Source: Thermoproteota archaeon (GTDB taxonomy: Archaea; Thermoproteota; Thermoprotei_A; Sulfolobales; NBVN01). Taken from it: 24,000 nucleotides of DNA. The translations under genes and the position numbers were made by a program. Positions 7,034 to 16,254 of the stretch are shown piece by piece (the stretch's first letter is position 1; every line of letters starts with the position of its first letter). The notes under the pieces are model-generated. The model searched no databases and was not told the origin of the DNA. It saw only the letters and a list, made by a program, of their open reading frames with translations. The stretch lies in contig JAUQPH010000006.1 of assembly GCA_030550455.1 (NCBI GenBank), positions 59,029-83,028 on the forward strand. Reading direction: 5' to 3'.

Positions 7034-7194
7034 AGAACGTAGTTACTAGTTGGTGATGACTCCGCCGAACATGATCGATGAAGTAAGGACTCGAGCACTG
7101 ACTACTTTCAGAGAAGAGCGCGTCTATCATCAATCAACTCTGGTCTGTCATCATCTTCTTGTTTAAACTTGATTCAGTAAAACTTATAAGCATA

Positions 7195-7202
7195 CTTTTA
7201 TA
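7195..7202 (+). promoter_or_regulatory. TATA box CTTTTATA for hppA
   Basis: Centred ~26 nt upstream of the ATG at 7225, which fits a leaderless or near-leaderless archaeal mRNA. Confidence 0.45.
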
Positions 7203-7224
7203 CCAGCTAAAAAAGGGTTAAAGT

Positions 7225-9273
7225 ATGCTGGCACTAGTGCTGAGTGCTGTAGCAGGTGGACTAGTACTAGCTTATACAGTATACTTAGCTACATCCGTCA
7301 TGAAGTATCCCGCAGGTACTGGACGAGCCGTCGAGATCCACGAGTTCATTAAGGAGGGTGCCAGTGCTTACTTAAGGAGACAGTATGGAGTTATAGCACT
7401 AATATCCGCAGTGCTTGCTGTATCTATCTTCGCTGTAAACTTGTTTACCGGGAAGTCGGTACCCTGGAGATCCCCCCTCGTTTTCCTTCTCGGTACCGCA
7501 TCCTCTATGATTGCCGGCTACTTCGGTATGTCTGTAGCTACTAGAGCGAACGTGAGAACGGTTAACGCAGCCGTTAAGAAGGGTCTGAAAGACGCCTTCG
7601 CTCTAGCCTTCAAGGGAGGACTCGTCATGGGGTTGACTGTAGCAGGTTTAGGGACTCTCGCCATCGCGGCACTCTCCTTAATATTCGGACTAACTGAGGA
7701 TACTGTTAGAGACCTAGTGTACTACGCTTTCGGTGCTTCAGCCGTGGCACTGTTCGCTCGAGTAGGTGGTGGGATATATACGAAAGCTGCTGACATAGGT
7801 GCTGATCTTGTGGGTAAGGTTGAAGTAGGTATACCGGAGGACGACCCAAGGAACCCCGGTGTCATAGCGGATAACGTTGGAGATAACGTTGGAGATGTGG
7901 CGGGAATGGGTGCTGACTTATTTGAATCTTACGTTGAGGCCATAGTCTCAACCATGGTCATAGCTCTAGCGCTAGGTGTTGTCGGCTGGTACAACTTCGC
8001 TATACTACCTATATCTGTTTCAGTAGCCGGACTGCTGGCCTCTGCTGCTTCTGTTGCCATAGTCCTCCTCGGGAGAGTTAAAGATCCAGCGCAAACCTTA
8101 ACGCTCTCCAGCCTTGCTTCAGCAGTTATCGTCGCAGCATTCAGCTACTTCGTGTCTACGCACCTACTAGGTGGAGACCTCGGTATTAGGGCGTGGGTTG
8201 CTGTTGTTGCCGGTCTAGTTTCGGGCGTCGTGGTCGGATTCACGAGTGATTACTTCACGAGGAAAGGGCTTCCACCCACTATTAAAGTAGCGGAAATGTC
8301 TCAAATGGGTCCAGCTCTAACGATACTGTCAGGAATGTCTTACGGGTTCATAAGTGTCGTAATTCCTGCTGTCTGCATAGCGTTAGCAGCTCTCTTAGCG
8401 TACTACCTCATGGCCTCCGTCGGAGGCTTTTGGTACGGAATCTACGGTGTGTCACTAGCGGCAGTCGGCATGCTGTCACTAACTGGGTTTGTGGTCGGTG
8501 CGGATGCCTACGGTCCTATCACTGATAACGCTGCAGGATTAGCTGAGCAGGCTGGTTTAGGCGAAGATGTTAGGTCTGTAGCGGACCTCTTAGACTCTGC
8601 CGGTAACACGATGAAGTCCATCTCGAAGGGTTACGCCATAGGTTCCGCAGCTCTAACGGCTCTAGCACTACTAGCAGCCTACGTGAGCATACTACCTAGG
8701 GTCGAAATGGACCAGCTAAGCTTACTTAACCCAACCGTGATGTCCGGTATCTTCATAGGTATGGCTATCCCGGCTCTATTCACGTCAATAGTCATTAGAG
8801 CAGTTAGTGACTCTGCTTTCGAGCTAATATCCGAGATCAGGAGACAGCTAAAAGAGAAACCCGGGATACTGGAGTTTAAGGAGAAGCCTGACTACGGTAG
8901 GGCCGTAGACGTCGTGACTAAGTACGCTATCAAAAGACTGGTAGTGCCGGGTCTGCTTGCTATAATAGTACCTCTCGTAGTAGGACTAACTCTAGGTCCA
9001 TACGCGCTTGCTGGAACACTGGCTGGAGCTATAGTATCGGGACTACTACTTGGCTTATTCCAAGGCAACGTAGGCAATACGTGGGATAACGCCAAGAAGT
9101 ACATAGAGGAAGGACACTTCGGAGGTAAGGGAAGTGAGGCACATAAAGCGGCAGTTATCGGCGATACGGTTGGCGACCCCTTAAAGGACGCGGCTGGACC
9201 ATCACTAAACATCTTGATAAAGCTTATGAGCATAGTTGCTCTAGCTTTTGCTCCAATATTTGCGGCCCTATAG
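7225..9273 (+). CDS. hppA: Membrane-bound ion-translocating inorganic pyrophosphatase (H+/Na+-PPase)
   Basis: 682-aa polytopic ORF with signature motifs [48 protein letters not shown] and [10 protein letters not shown]. Confidence 0.95.
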   Translation: MLALVLSAVAGGLVLAYTVYLATSVMKYPAGTGRAVEIHEFIKEGASAYLRRQYGVIALISAVLAVSIFAVNLFTGKSVPWRSPLVFLLGTASSMIAGYFGMSVATRANVRTVNAAVKKGLKDAFALAFKGGLVMGLTVAGLGTLAIAALSLIFGLTEDTVRDLVYYAFGASAVALFARVGGGIYTKAADIGADLVGKVEVGIPEDDPRNPGVIADNVGDNVGDVAGMGADLFESYVEAIVSTMVIALALGVVGWYNFAILPISVSVAGLLASAASVAIVLLGRVKDPAQTLTLSSLASAVIVAAFSYFVSTHLLGGDLGIRAWVAVVAGLVSGVVVGFTSDYFTRKGLPPTIKVAEMSQMGPALTILSGMSYGFISVVIPAVCIALAALLAYYLMASVGGFWYGIYGVSLAAVGMLSLTGFVVGADAYGPITDNAAGLAEQAGLGEDVRSVADLLDSAGNTMKSISKGYAIGSAALTALALLAAYVSILPRVEMDQLSLLNPTVMSGIFIGMAIPALFTSIVIRAVSDSAFELISEIRRQLKEKPGILEFKEKPDYGRAVDVVTKYAIKRLVVPGLLAIIVPLVVGLTLGPYALAGTLAGAIVSGLLLGLFQGNVGNTWDNAKKYIEEGHFGGKGSEAHKAAVIGDTVGDPLKDAAGPSLNILIKLMSIVALAFAPIFAAL

Positions 9274-9286
9274 CTCGTTTTTCTCC
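9274..9286 (+). terminator. T-tract terminator after hppA (CTCGTTTTTCTCC)
   Basis: A run of five T (9278-9282) lies immediately after the stop codon. Archaeal RNAP terminates at oligo-T. Confidence 0.4.
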
Positions 9287-9730
9287 ACTAAGTATCCGCA
9301 AACACTATCTCGCGCTCTCATAGCTCGCAATCTCCTCAGTCCACAGTACTATTGGCGAGTACGTTAGTTGCCGAATTGAAGTCGAAGCTCTTTTCTACTC
9401 TAAGCGTAGGACGAAGATCGTATGTCTGCTTTAAGTGTTTCTGGGAAGTGCTTATAAGCTTTAGACTACATCTTGAATTGATGTTGAGCTCAGCCTATAG
9501 GGTCGCTTCCAGCATTGACGCGGAAGTATTCACTAAGTACCTACTAAGTGAAAACCTTAATTTACGATCTCCATGGTCTGCGGGATACTCGAAAACCTTC
9601 GAATACGGTAAACTAACCAGAAGTAGTGACTACCTTGGAACAAGAGTTAAACTAGCTAGAGAGCTTCGACGCTCCGCATCTCTAATGCTGTCAGCTCGAT
9701 CCATAGAGATAAAAGAACCTGGAGTAGTAG

Positions 9731-11191
9731 ATGGTAAAAATGAAGTACTACCTTATTAAGGAATCTCCTGAAATACCCCTAAAGTCCTGGAGGACTCGAC
9801 CGAAGTTCGAAAAGGCTCTACTTAGAGCTATCGAGCAGGCTTTAAAGAACTCTGAAGCTAAGTACACGCTAAAGTATTCCCAAGGAGTCTTCTTTCTAGA
9901 GGTAGACCGCGACGTAAGCAGACCTTTAACTAGGGTGTTCGGAGTACACGATGTATGCGAGGTAGTTCCGTATAGGTTCAACTCCATAGAGGACATAGCC
10001 AGCAGGGCGGAAGACTTTTTTAAGGATACTGTAGCTAACAAGAAGTTTGCGGTTAGAGTTAAGAGGTATGGAAACCACTCTTTCACGTCCATGGATGTAG
10101 CGAGAGCAGTTGGGTCTAAGCTTCTTAAGTACTCCTCCGGTGTTGACTTGAAGTCCCCGGACGTCGAGGTCAAGATCGAGATACGAGAAGAGTTTGCTTA
10201 CTACGTACTAAGCTGCTGGAAGGGTATGGGGGGACTACCCGTGGGTACAGAGGGTAGAGCATTAGTTATGTTCTCTGGAGGCTTCGACTCCTCGCTAGCC
10301 TACGTGTTAAGCTCTAAGAGAGGAATTCAAGCCGACTTCCTGCACTACTACATGGGCTCAGCCGAGGCCACAGCTTCGGCAATCGAGGTCGCGAAAAAGC
10401 TAGCAGAACTGTCTTTACCTTACGAGCCGTCACTGACCGTAGTAAACTTCGTTCCCATACTATCCGAGATCCGGGAGAAAGTTTCTAGCAGGCTCAGGCA
10501 GGTAGTACTTAGAGTCGTTATGCACGAGGTCGGTCAAGCTCTAGCTGAGAGATACGGATACGATGCCTTAATCACCGGTGAGTCTATAGGGCAAACATCT
10601 TCGCAGACCCTCAAGAACATTAAAGTTGTAGACTACTTTGTGAGACCTAGAGTAGCTCTACTTAGACCTCTATCAGGAGCGGATAAGGAGGAGATAGTTA
10701 ATAGAGTGAGAGAGCTAGGTTTATACGACTACGTCGTTAAAGTAGAGGAAGTATGTCGGCTGTCTGAAGGGCCAGTTGAAACGAAAGCCAGAATAGAGGA
10801 CGTAGAAGCAGCTTTAGCTCTATTGAGTAAGGATACTATAGAGGGAGTAGTCCAGAACGCTAAGACCTACAGAGTAGTTGACGCAGTACCGAGCACTATT
10901 TTAAGAGAGATCGGTGCCGACATCGAGGTCGATGAGGTACCTGAAGGATGGATTCTCGTAGACATAAGAAGTAAAGAAAGGTTCGACTACGAGCACATCC
11001 CGGGAGCGATCCACGTATCCGAACTGAGAGAGGTACCAGATTCTCCAGTAGTTCTATACTGTGATTACGGGTCAGCTAGCCTGTTGTCAGCGATCGAGAT
11101 GAGGAAGGCCGGTGTTAAAGCGTACAGCCTCCGAGGAGGCTTCATAGGTTATAGAAAGAGAAGTAGAAAGATAGAGTGCGAGAAAGCTTAA
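9731..11191 (+). CDS. thiI: tRNA 4-thiouridine synthase ThiI with C-terminal rhodanese domain
   Basis: 486-aa ORF. The N-terminal region is THUMP-like. PP-loop SGGFDS. C-terminal rhodanese-like region with an active-site-type Cys (VVLYCDYGSAS). TATA-like GATAAAAG at 9708-9715 suggests the second ATG (9740) may be the real start. Confidence 0.85.
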   Translation: MVKMKYYLIKESPEIPLKSWRTRPKFEKALLRAIEQALKNSEAKYTLKYSQGVFFLEVDRDVSRPLTRVFGVHDVCEVVPYRFNSIEDIASRAEDFFKDTVANKKFAVRVKRYGNHSFTSMDVARAVGSKLLKYSSGVDLKSPDVEVKIEIREEFAYYVLSCWKGMGGLPVGTEGRALVMFSGGFDSSLAYVLSSKRGIQADFLHYYMGSAEATASAIEVAKKLAELSLPYEPSLTVVNFVPILSEIREKVSSRLRQVVLRVVMHEVGQALAERYGYDALITGESIGQTSSQTLKNIKVVDYFVRPRVALLRPLSGADKEEIVNRVRELGLYDYVVKVEEVCRLSEGPVETKARIEDVEAALALLSKDTIEGVVQNAKTYRVVDAVPSTILREIGADIEVDEVPEGWILVDIRSKERFDYEHIPGAIHVSELREVPDSPVVLYCDYGSASLLSAIEMRKAGVKAYSLRGGFIGYRKRSRKIECEKA

Positions 11192-12453
11192 ACCTCTATC
11201 TCGATGGTGCTCCCGGTTTTAGGTACGTATACGTCGTAGTACTGCTTGAGTTCTTCATATAGGGTGAAAGCTTGTTCACCGGTGTGTACTATAACCACAG
11301 CCTTTAAGTCCTTAAACGACTCGACTATCTCTAAGAGTCCACTGAAGCCAGCGTGACTCGAGAAGTCGAACCACTCTACTCTCGCTCTTATCGGACCTAG
11401 CTCCTCTAGAAACCCGTACTCCAGGATCTTCCGCCCGGGAGTTGAAGGTGCTTGATAAGATACTAAGAAGACAGCGTTTCTAGGGTTATCGTACATCTTC
11501 TTCAGGTAGTACACCGAAGGACCTCCTTTAAGCATTCCAGCTGATGCGACTATTACGTTTCCCTCACTCTTTACGATCTTCCTTCTTTGACTAGCTGACT
11601 TAACTTCCTCGAACTCTTTCGTTGCTCTGAGGAGTAGCTCGTAGTTGTTAATGTACTCCGGGTAGCTCACCAGTATACTGTTCAGCAATCTAACCATACC
11701 ATCGTAATATACTCTACCCTCGCTAAACTTCTCATACAGTAGCGAGAGGATCTCCTGCGCTCTACCAAGGCTGAAGCAGGGCACTAGAACGCTTCCCCCG
11801 CTTCCAACTACTTCTTTTACTGCCTCTATGAACTCCTTCTCGACTACATCTCTACTGGGGTGGTCTACGTCTGCATACGTTCCCTCGATTATCAGTATAT
11901 CGGCTCTAGCACCTCCTCGGTCGTACCCCTTGACAAGCCTCGTGTCTATAGTGTTAACATCACCTGTGTAAGCTATCCTAGTAGAATCCAGCTCTGCTAC
12001 GTACGTCTGACTCCCCGGTATGTGCCCTGAGTTCAGACTCTTGAGTGTTAGACCACCGAGCTCTACCTCTTCACCGAGCTCTAAGTAGCGCAAGTTCTCT
12101 ACTGCTCTATACCAGTCGCTTTCATCGAAAGGGAGGTAGTAGCCGGATATCTTAATGAAGTCCTTGATCAGTACCTCAGAAACAGCTTTCGTAAGTCTGT
12201 TCATGACTAAGACTGGGTGGGAGCTAGTAGTATAGAGGTATGGAACCGCGCCAACGTGGTCTAAGTGAGCATGAGTCACTACGATAACGTCTATATCAGA
12301 CGGCCTGATGTGTTCTGGGAGCTGAGGTGTGTCGTCTTCCGCAAAGTTCACTCCGTAATCCATCAGCAGAGTTCTCCCTTCAACAGAAGCTGAAATAGCT
12401 GTTCGCCCAACTTCCAGCCCTCCACCGAGTATTCTGATTTCAACTCTCCCCAT
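11188..12453 (-). CDS. Metallo-beta-lactamase / beta-CASP ribonuclease, aCPSF2-like
   Basis: 421-aa ORF. HAHLDHVG zinc motif, later GDV and H residues typical of the beta-CASP family, no KH domains. The size matches the short archaeal aCPSF2 group. Confidence 0.8.
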   Translation of the reverse strand: MGRVEIRILGGGLEVGRTAISASVEGRTLLMDYGVNFAEDDTPQLPEHIRPSDIDVIVVTHAHLDHVGAVPYLYTTSSHPVLVMNRLTKAVSEVLIKDFIKISGYYLPFDESDWYRAVENLRYLELGEEVELGGLTLKSLNSGHIPGSQTYVAELDSTRIAYTGDVNTIDTRLVKGYDRGGARADILIIEGTYADVDHPSRDVVEKEFIEAVKEVVGSGGSVLVPCFSLGRAQEILSLLYEKFSEGRVYYDGMVRLLNSILVSYPEYINNYELLLRATKEFEEVKSASQRRKIVKSEGNVIVASAGMLKGGPSVYYLKKMYDNPRNAVFLVSYQAPSTPGRKILEYGFLEELGPIRARVEWFDFSSHAGFSGLLEIVESFKDLKAVVIVHTGEQAFTLYEELKQYYDVYVPKTGSTIEIEV

Positions 12454-12459
12454 CCTCTA

Positions 12460-12495
12460 CTCCTGTTTTTATATCCTTCTAGTATATTAAGCTCG
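12460..12495. promoter_or_regulatory. Divergent promoter region with two TATA boxes (TTTTTATAT 12466-12474; TATATTAA 12483-12490)
   Basis: The 52-nt spacer between the divergent starts 12453 (-) and 12506 (+) holds two A/T-rich boxes. Each sits ~30-36 nt from the farther start codon. Confidence 0.45.
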
Positions 12496-12505
12496 GGACA
12501 GGAAT

Positions 12506-12865
12506 ATGTTCCCCATGAACGTTCGAGAACTAAAGCGAATGCTTAAAAAGTACGGAATCGATGTCCGCGAGCTACCTGAGATACGGAAAGTCATAATGTC
12601 GGCCAGCGGATACGATATAGTTGTCAAGGACCCGCAGGTGGCCGTACTAAACGTTGGGCAGCAGACCATTATTCAAATAGTTTGCTCCGGACTTGAGAGA
12701 GTGGAAAAAGAGCCGGAAACTAAAGCCTTCCCGCAGGTCTCGGAAGACGACATACAGTTCATAATGGAGCAGACCGGTGCCACACGAGATGAAGTCCTCA
12801 AGACTCTATTAGAAGAGGGAGGAGATATAGCTAGAGCTATAATGAGACTGCAGGAGAAAAAGTAG
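12506..12865 (+). CDS. nac: Nascent polypeptide-associated complex protein (archaeal NAC alpha, NAC + UBA domains)
   Basis: 119-aa ORF. NAC domain (VRELPEIRKVIMSASGYDIVVKDPQVAVLNVGQQTIIQI) and a C-terminal UBA-like region (SEDDIQFIMEQTGATRDEVLKTLLEEGGDIARAIMRL). Confidence 0.9.
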   Translation: MFPMNVRELKRMLKKYGIDVRELPEIRKVIMSASGYDIVVKDPQVAVLNVGQQTIIQIVCSGLERVEKEPETKAFPQVSEDDIQFIMEQTGATRDEVLKTLLEEGGDIARAIMRLQEKK

Positions 12866-13032
12866 TCTTGAGCGGATGACAACGCTATTGCTTTTAGAGC
12901 TATAAATTAGGTTTAAGCATAGACCTACTCAAACCGTTTGTCAACGAGTTGCGCAACAGAGCCTCTCGACCTCCTTGGTTTAAGTCATGCTTTATAATGC
13001 TTTTAGGTCGATCGCTTTAGTCGGTATCCTAA

Positions 13033-14112
13033 ATGATAGGAATATGCGTACTCACTCTCAACTCTGAAGCTACGGTAGGTCACGCAATAAAGTCGATCTT
13101 GAAGCAAAGACCTCCGAAGGACGAGGTCTTCTTCGTAGTCGTGGATGGAGGAAGTAGAGATAGAACTATCAAGATCGTTAACGAAGTGCTCAGAGGCTTA
13201 AGCTACGAGCTGATATCAGCTCCCGGGAGTAACATACCGCAGGCAAGGAACGTATGCTTAAATGAGGCTGTAAAGCGCGGTTTTGAGAGGCTCATATTTA
13301 TCGACTCAGACATCATATTACTAGCTAGAAACCTTTTGGAGCTCGCTGAGAGAGTTAGTGACGAACATAGAGACTCCATCATCCACTTTTCATCGAGGTT
13401 TCTCTACTTTAGTAACCTTAGCGAGCTAGAGGAGTTTTTGAGGAAAGCGGAATATATGGAGATGTTTCCAGAGCAGATCAGACTTAAGAGGTCTCTAGCT
13501 ATCGGTATGGGCTTCACGATCATCCCTAAAAGCATATTCGAGAAAATAAGGTTTGATGAAGATATAGACTTCTCCGAGGACAAGTACTACGCTCTCAAGG
13601 CGTTTTCGGAAGGCTTTGAGGTTCTGACAGCTACCGATACTATAGGATACGTTGTAGACGCAAACATCGTGAGGAACGCTAAGAGCGACATATACTGGAG
13701 AATGCCGTTTAAGAGATATTTGAGAGCTGCGAGAAAGAAGGCTGTAGTTAAGTATATAGATGCTCTCGACATGCGGAGGCTTGATGTATCGAAGCTAGAG
13801 TTCCTAAAGAGGTCACTTAAGTTTCTACTGAACACTCTCCTACTGATCGTCATGATATTGACTCCAGTTGCCTACGTATCTCATTCGAGTACGTTCTACG
13901 CTTTCCTCACTATTGACTTATTGAACATGATCTTCTACCCTCTACTTAAGAGAGTAAGAGGCTACCCATTCTTGATGGGGGTTCTCAACAGGTTCAAGTT
14001 CATGGCGTTCTCTTTCTTGATGATAGTTTGGAGCTATCATGCTTACAAAGAGCTAAAGAAAAGCTCGATTGCTTTCCGACGAAAAAGCTCTACCTTAAGG
14101 ACGGCTTCATAA
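13033..14112 (+). CDS. Family 2 glycosyltransferase with C-terminal transmembrane region
   Basis: 359-aa ORF. The N-terminal GT-A pattern is ICVLTLNSEATVGHAIKSIL...VVVDGGSRDRT...FIDSD (DxD-like). The C-terminal ~100 aa are hydrophobic helices. Confidence 0.8.
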   Translation: MIGICVLTLNSEATVGHAIKSILKQRPPKDEVFFVVVDGGSRDRTIKIVNEVLRGLSYELISAPGSNIPQARNVCLNEAVKRGFERLIFIDSDIILLARNLLELAERVSDEHRDSIIHFSSRFLYFSNLSELEEFLRKAEYMEMFPEQIRLKRSLAIGMGFTIIPKSIFEKIRFDEDIDFSEDKYYALKAFSEGFEVLTATDTIGYVVDANIVRNAKSDIYWRMPFKRYLRAARKKAVVKYIDALDMRRLDVSKLEFLKRSLKFLLNTLLLIVMILTPVAYVSHSSTFYAFLTIDLLNMIFYPLLKRVRGYPFLMGVLNRFKFMAFSFLMIVWSYHAYKELKKSSIAFRRKSSTLRTAS

Positions 14113-14266
14113 TGACGAAGCTTGACGCCAACACACCGCTACGATAGTACCGGTGTTCAAAAGACTAACTTCCCTAGATGAGGTTTGAGTAGGTCCAGGG
14201 AGTTATTTGTGGGCTAACTACATGCGGATGTCCCGCTTTTCTCTAAATTCGTGAATAGCTGGCTGC

Positions 14267-15625
14267 TTAACGCATCACTACCTTCTCCGAGTACCTTAGT
14301 GCTCGCTCTATTAGCTCTAAGTAATTCCCTAGGTAATTCGCCGGATTCACCAGCTCCCTAATTTCGTCTGCTGTTAGGTATTTCGATAAAACTTCGTGAT
14401 TTCTTAATGCTTGCTCGAGGGTTTCACCAGGCTTCATGGCTCTAGTTACCTCCATGAGCATTCTATGTGCTTCATGCCTCGGGACGCCCTTCTGGACTAA
14501 CCTAATCGTTACTGCCTCAGTCATAATGGCTCCCCTAGTTAAAGCCAGGTTGTTGAGCATGGCCTCTCTATCTATGTTGAGGACTTTGATCAGCTTGTTC
14601 GCATCTTCAAGCATCTGGTCTACGACTAGGAACGCATGGGGGACTAGTATCCTCTCGGCACTACTGTTCGTTAAGTCTCTCTCGTGCATAAGTGGGATAT
14701 TCTCTAATGCGGCAACACACAGCGACCTAGCGATCCTCGCTAAACCAGAGATCCTCTCAGCTGTAACAGGGTTTCTCTTATGTGGCATCGCACTACTCCC
14801 AACTCTAGCTTCAGACTCGTACATCTCCCCGATCTCTGTTCTCGAGAGCTCTCTTATCTCTAGCGCAAACCTATCCAACTGCGATGCAAGTATAGCTAGT
14901 ACTGTGAACAACTCGGCGAATCCATCCCTTGGAGCTACCTGAGTAGTTATAGGGTGGGGCTCTAAACCTAGATACCGAGAGGCAGCTTCTTCAACGATCA
15001 ATCCCCTCCCGAGCCAGCCAGCCATAGTGCCAACAGCTCCCGAGATCTTGGACCTAACCACCCTTCTCTCGACCTCATTGAGGCGCTCATAACTTCTGGA
15101 GAGCTCGTATACGTAGTTAGCGAACTTGAACCCGACTGTAATGGGTAGTGCGTGTTGTCCGTGGGTTCTACCCACCATTAGATCCTCTCTATGCTCTCGA
15201 GCTAACCTAGAGAGCTTTTCTATAAGCTCCCTCAACTTAGCCCTCAATAAGCCAAGAGCATCTCTAATTATTAGAGCCCAAGCCGTATCCACGATATCGT
15301 AACTAGTAGCACCTAAGTGTACGTACTTACCGCACTCACCACAGCTTTCACCTAGCAAATAAGCTAGAGACGCTATATCGTGACCGAGGGAAGTCTCTCT
15401 CCTGTAGACCTCGCTAGGGTCTAGCCTGCTTGAGCATCTACGTACAGCTTCTGCGCAACCGCGGGGAGCTAGTCCAGCCTCTTCTAAACCGACCATTATC
15501 GCTATCTCCACATCAACATATCTTCTGACTATATTCTCAACCCTAAAAAGTCTCCTCATCTCCTCAGAGCCGTACCTCCAGTCTAGAGGACATACGTAAT
15601 CTAACTCACTCAACTCCGACCCCAA
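14267..15625 (-). CDS. purB: Adenylosuccinate lyase
   Basis: 452-aa ORF with the fumarate-lyase signature GSSAMPHKRNP and N-terminal PLDWRYGSEEMRRLF. Start is TTG at 15625, with TATA-like TTGATATAC ~25 nt upstream. Confidence 0.95.
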   Translation of the reverse strand: MGSELSELDYVCPLDWRYGSEEMRRLFRVENIVRRYVDVEIAIMVGLEEAGLAPRGCAEAVRRCSSRLDPSEVYRRETSLGHDIASLAYLLGESCGECGKYVHLGATSYDIVDTAWALIIRDALGLLRAKLRELIEKLSRLAREHREDLMVGRTHGQHALPITVGFKFANYVYELSRSYERLNEVERRVVRSKISGAVGTMAGWLGRGLIVEEAASRYLGLEPHPITTQVAPRDGFAELFTVLAILASQLDRFALEIRELSRTEIGEMYESEARVGSSAMPHKRNPVTAERISGLARIARSLCVAALENIPLMHERDLTNSSAERILVPHAFLVVDQMLEDANKLIKVLNIDREAMLNNLALTRGAIMTEAVTIRLVQKGVPRHEAHRMLMEVTRAMKPGETLEQALRNHEVLSKYLTADEIRELVNPANYLGNYLELIERALRYSEKVVMR

Positions 15626-15740
15626 AATGAAGCACTAAACCAGTATATCAAGTTACTCGATACTAAACTCCAGCCAATAAATCACCAGCTTTCGAATAGC
15701 TCATCTCCACTGATTTCAACGATGGTGGGAGTGGGGAGTT

Positions 15741-16202
15741 TTACTCAGATTCAGAGAGTCGTTGAGGACAGTGCTTAAGTGCTATCCTCTCTTCACAGCT
15801 TTCTGAGTAAGGTCTGATCCACTCGTAGTTCCTCTCGAAAACTAAATCCGGATTAAGCTTCCTTAAGACATATCTACACACAGGCTCTGAAACTTCTCGA
15901 CACACGTATCTAGTGTCGAGACCTCTTTTCAGCGCTAGAGAAAGTATTGGGCAAGGATTACGGCACCTAGTTACTACCTCGCACTCACTGACTCTAACTA
16001 CCTCGACGTACTCTCTCCTAAGCCTCAGGAAGTCTATGTAGAAGGTGTTAACCACATCATCTATCGAGATGACCTTCCGAGCCCCCAGCAGCCAGACTAG
16101 TGCATAAGCGAAGAATAAACATTTGGCTATAGATATGATTACTTTATCTAGTAGCTTAGGCTTCCTACTATAGCTTTCCCGCACTTTACCGCGAACCACC
16201 AT
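15741..16202 (-). CDS. Cys-rich hypothetical protein; resembles the L-2-amino-thiazoline-4-carboxylic acid hydrolase-like family
   Basis: 153-aa ORF with an N-terminal hydrophobic helix. The Cys pattern is SECEVVTRCRNPCP...YVCREVSEPVCRYV...NPDLVFER...SESCEE. The family assignment comes from remembered pattern only. Confidence 0.45.
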   Translation of the reverse strand: MVVRGKVRESYSRKPKLLDKVIISIAKCLFFAYALVWLLGARKVISIDDVVNTFYIDFLRLRREYVEVVRVSECEVVTRCRNPCPILSLALKRGLDTRYVCREVSEPVCRYVLRKLNPDLVFERNYEWIRPYSESCEERIALKHCPQRLSESE

Positions 16203-16254
16203 GGTGGCAACCTAGGGAGCTGACCTACCTTCTCAGCTGGCAAAAGTGTCCGAG

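Noticed and set aside
6933-7133. 66-aa minus-strand ORF overlapping the right end of element B.
   Set aside because: The homologous stretch in element A has an in-frame TGA (…TGA AGA AAG GAC CTA AAA CAT CAT AAA CTC TCT TAC TAG). The ORF is therefore not conserved between the copies, and the sequence has no recognisable motif.
7870-7893. Perfect 12-nt tandem duplication GATAACGTTGGA x2 inside hppA.
   Set aside because: It encodes the universally conserved DNVGDNVGD motif of membrane pyrophosphatases. It is a coding feature, not a repeat element.
9596-9606. TTCGAAT, resembling a tRNA T-loop, in the thiI upstream spacer.
   Set aside because: The flanking bases (AAACC / ACGGT) cannot form a T-stem, and no acceptor or anticodon arms could be drawn. 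I found no tRNA anywhere in the window.
9352-9759. 135-aa TTG-initiated ORF filling the hppA-thiI spacer.
   Set aside because: It has a Ser/Leu/Arg-rich composition, no motif and no TATA box at a suitable distance. It would overlap the thiI start by 29 nt. It is kept only as a note in the spacer finding, because I cannot exclude it without homology data.
15678-15707. C/D-like string on the minus strand upstream of purB (GAGATGA-12 nt-CTGG-TGATTTA-12 nt-TAGT).
   Set aside because: The C box has a mismatch, the D' and C' boxes are degenerate, and there is no D box.
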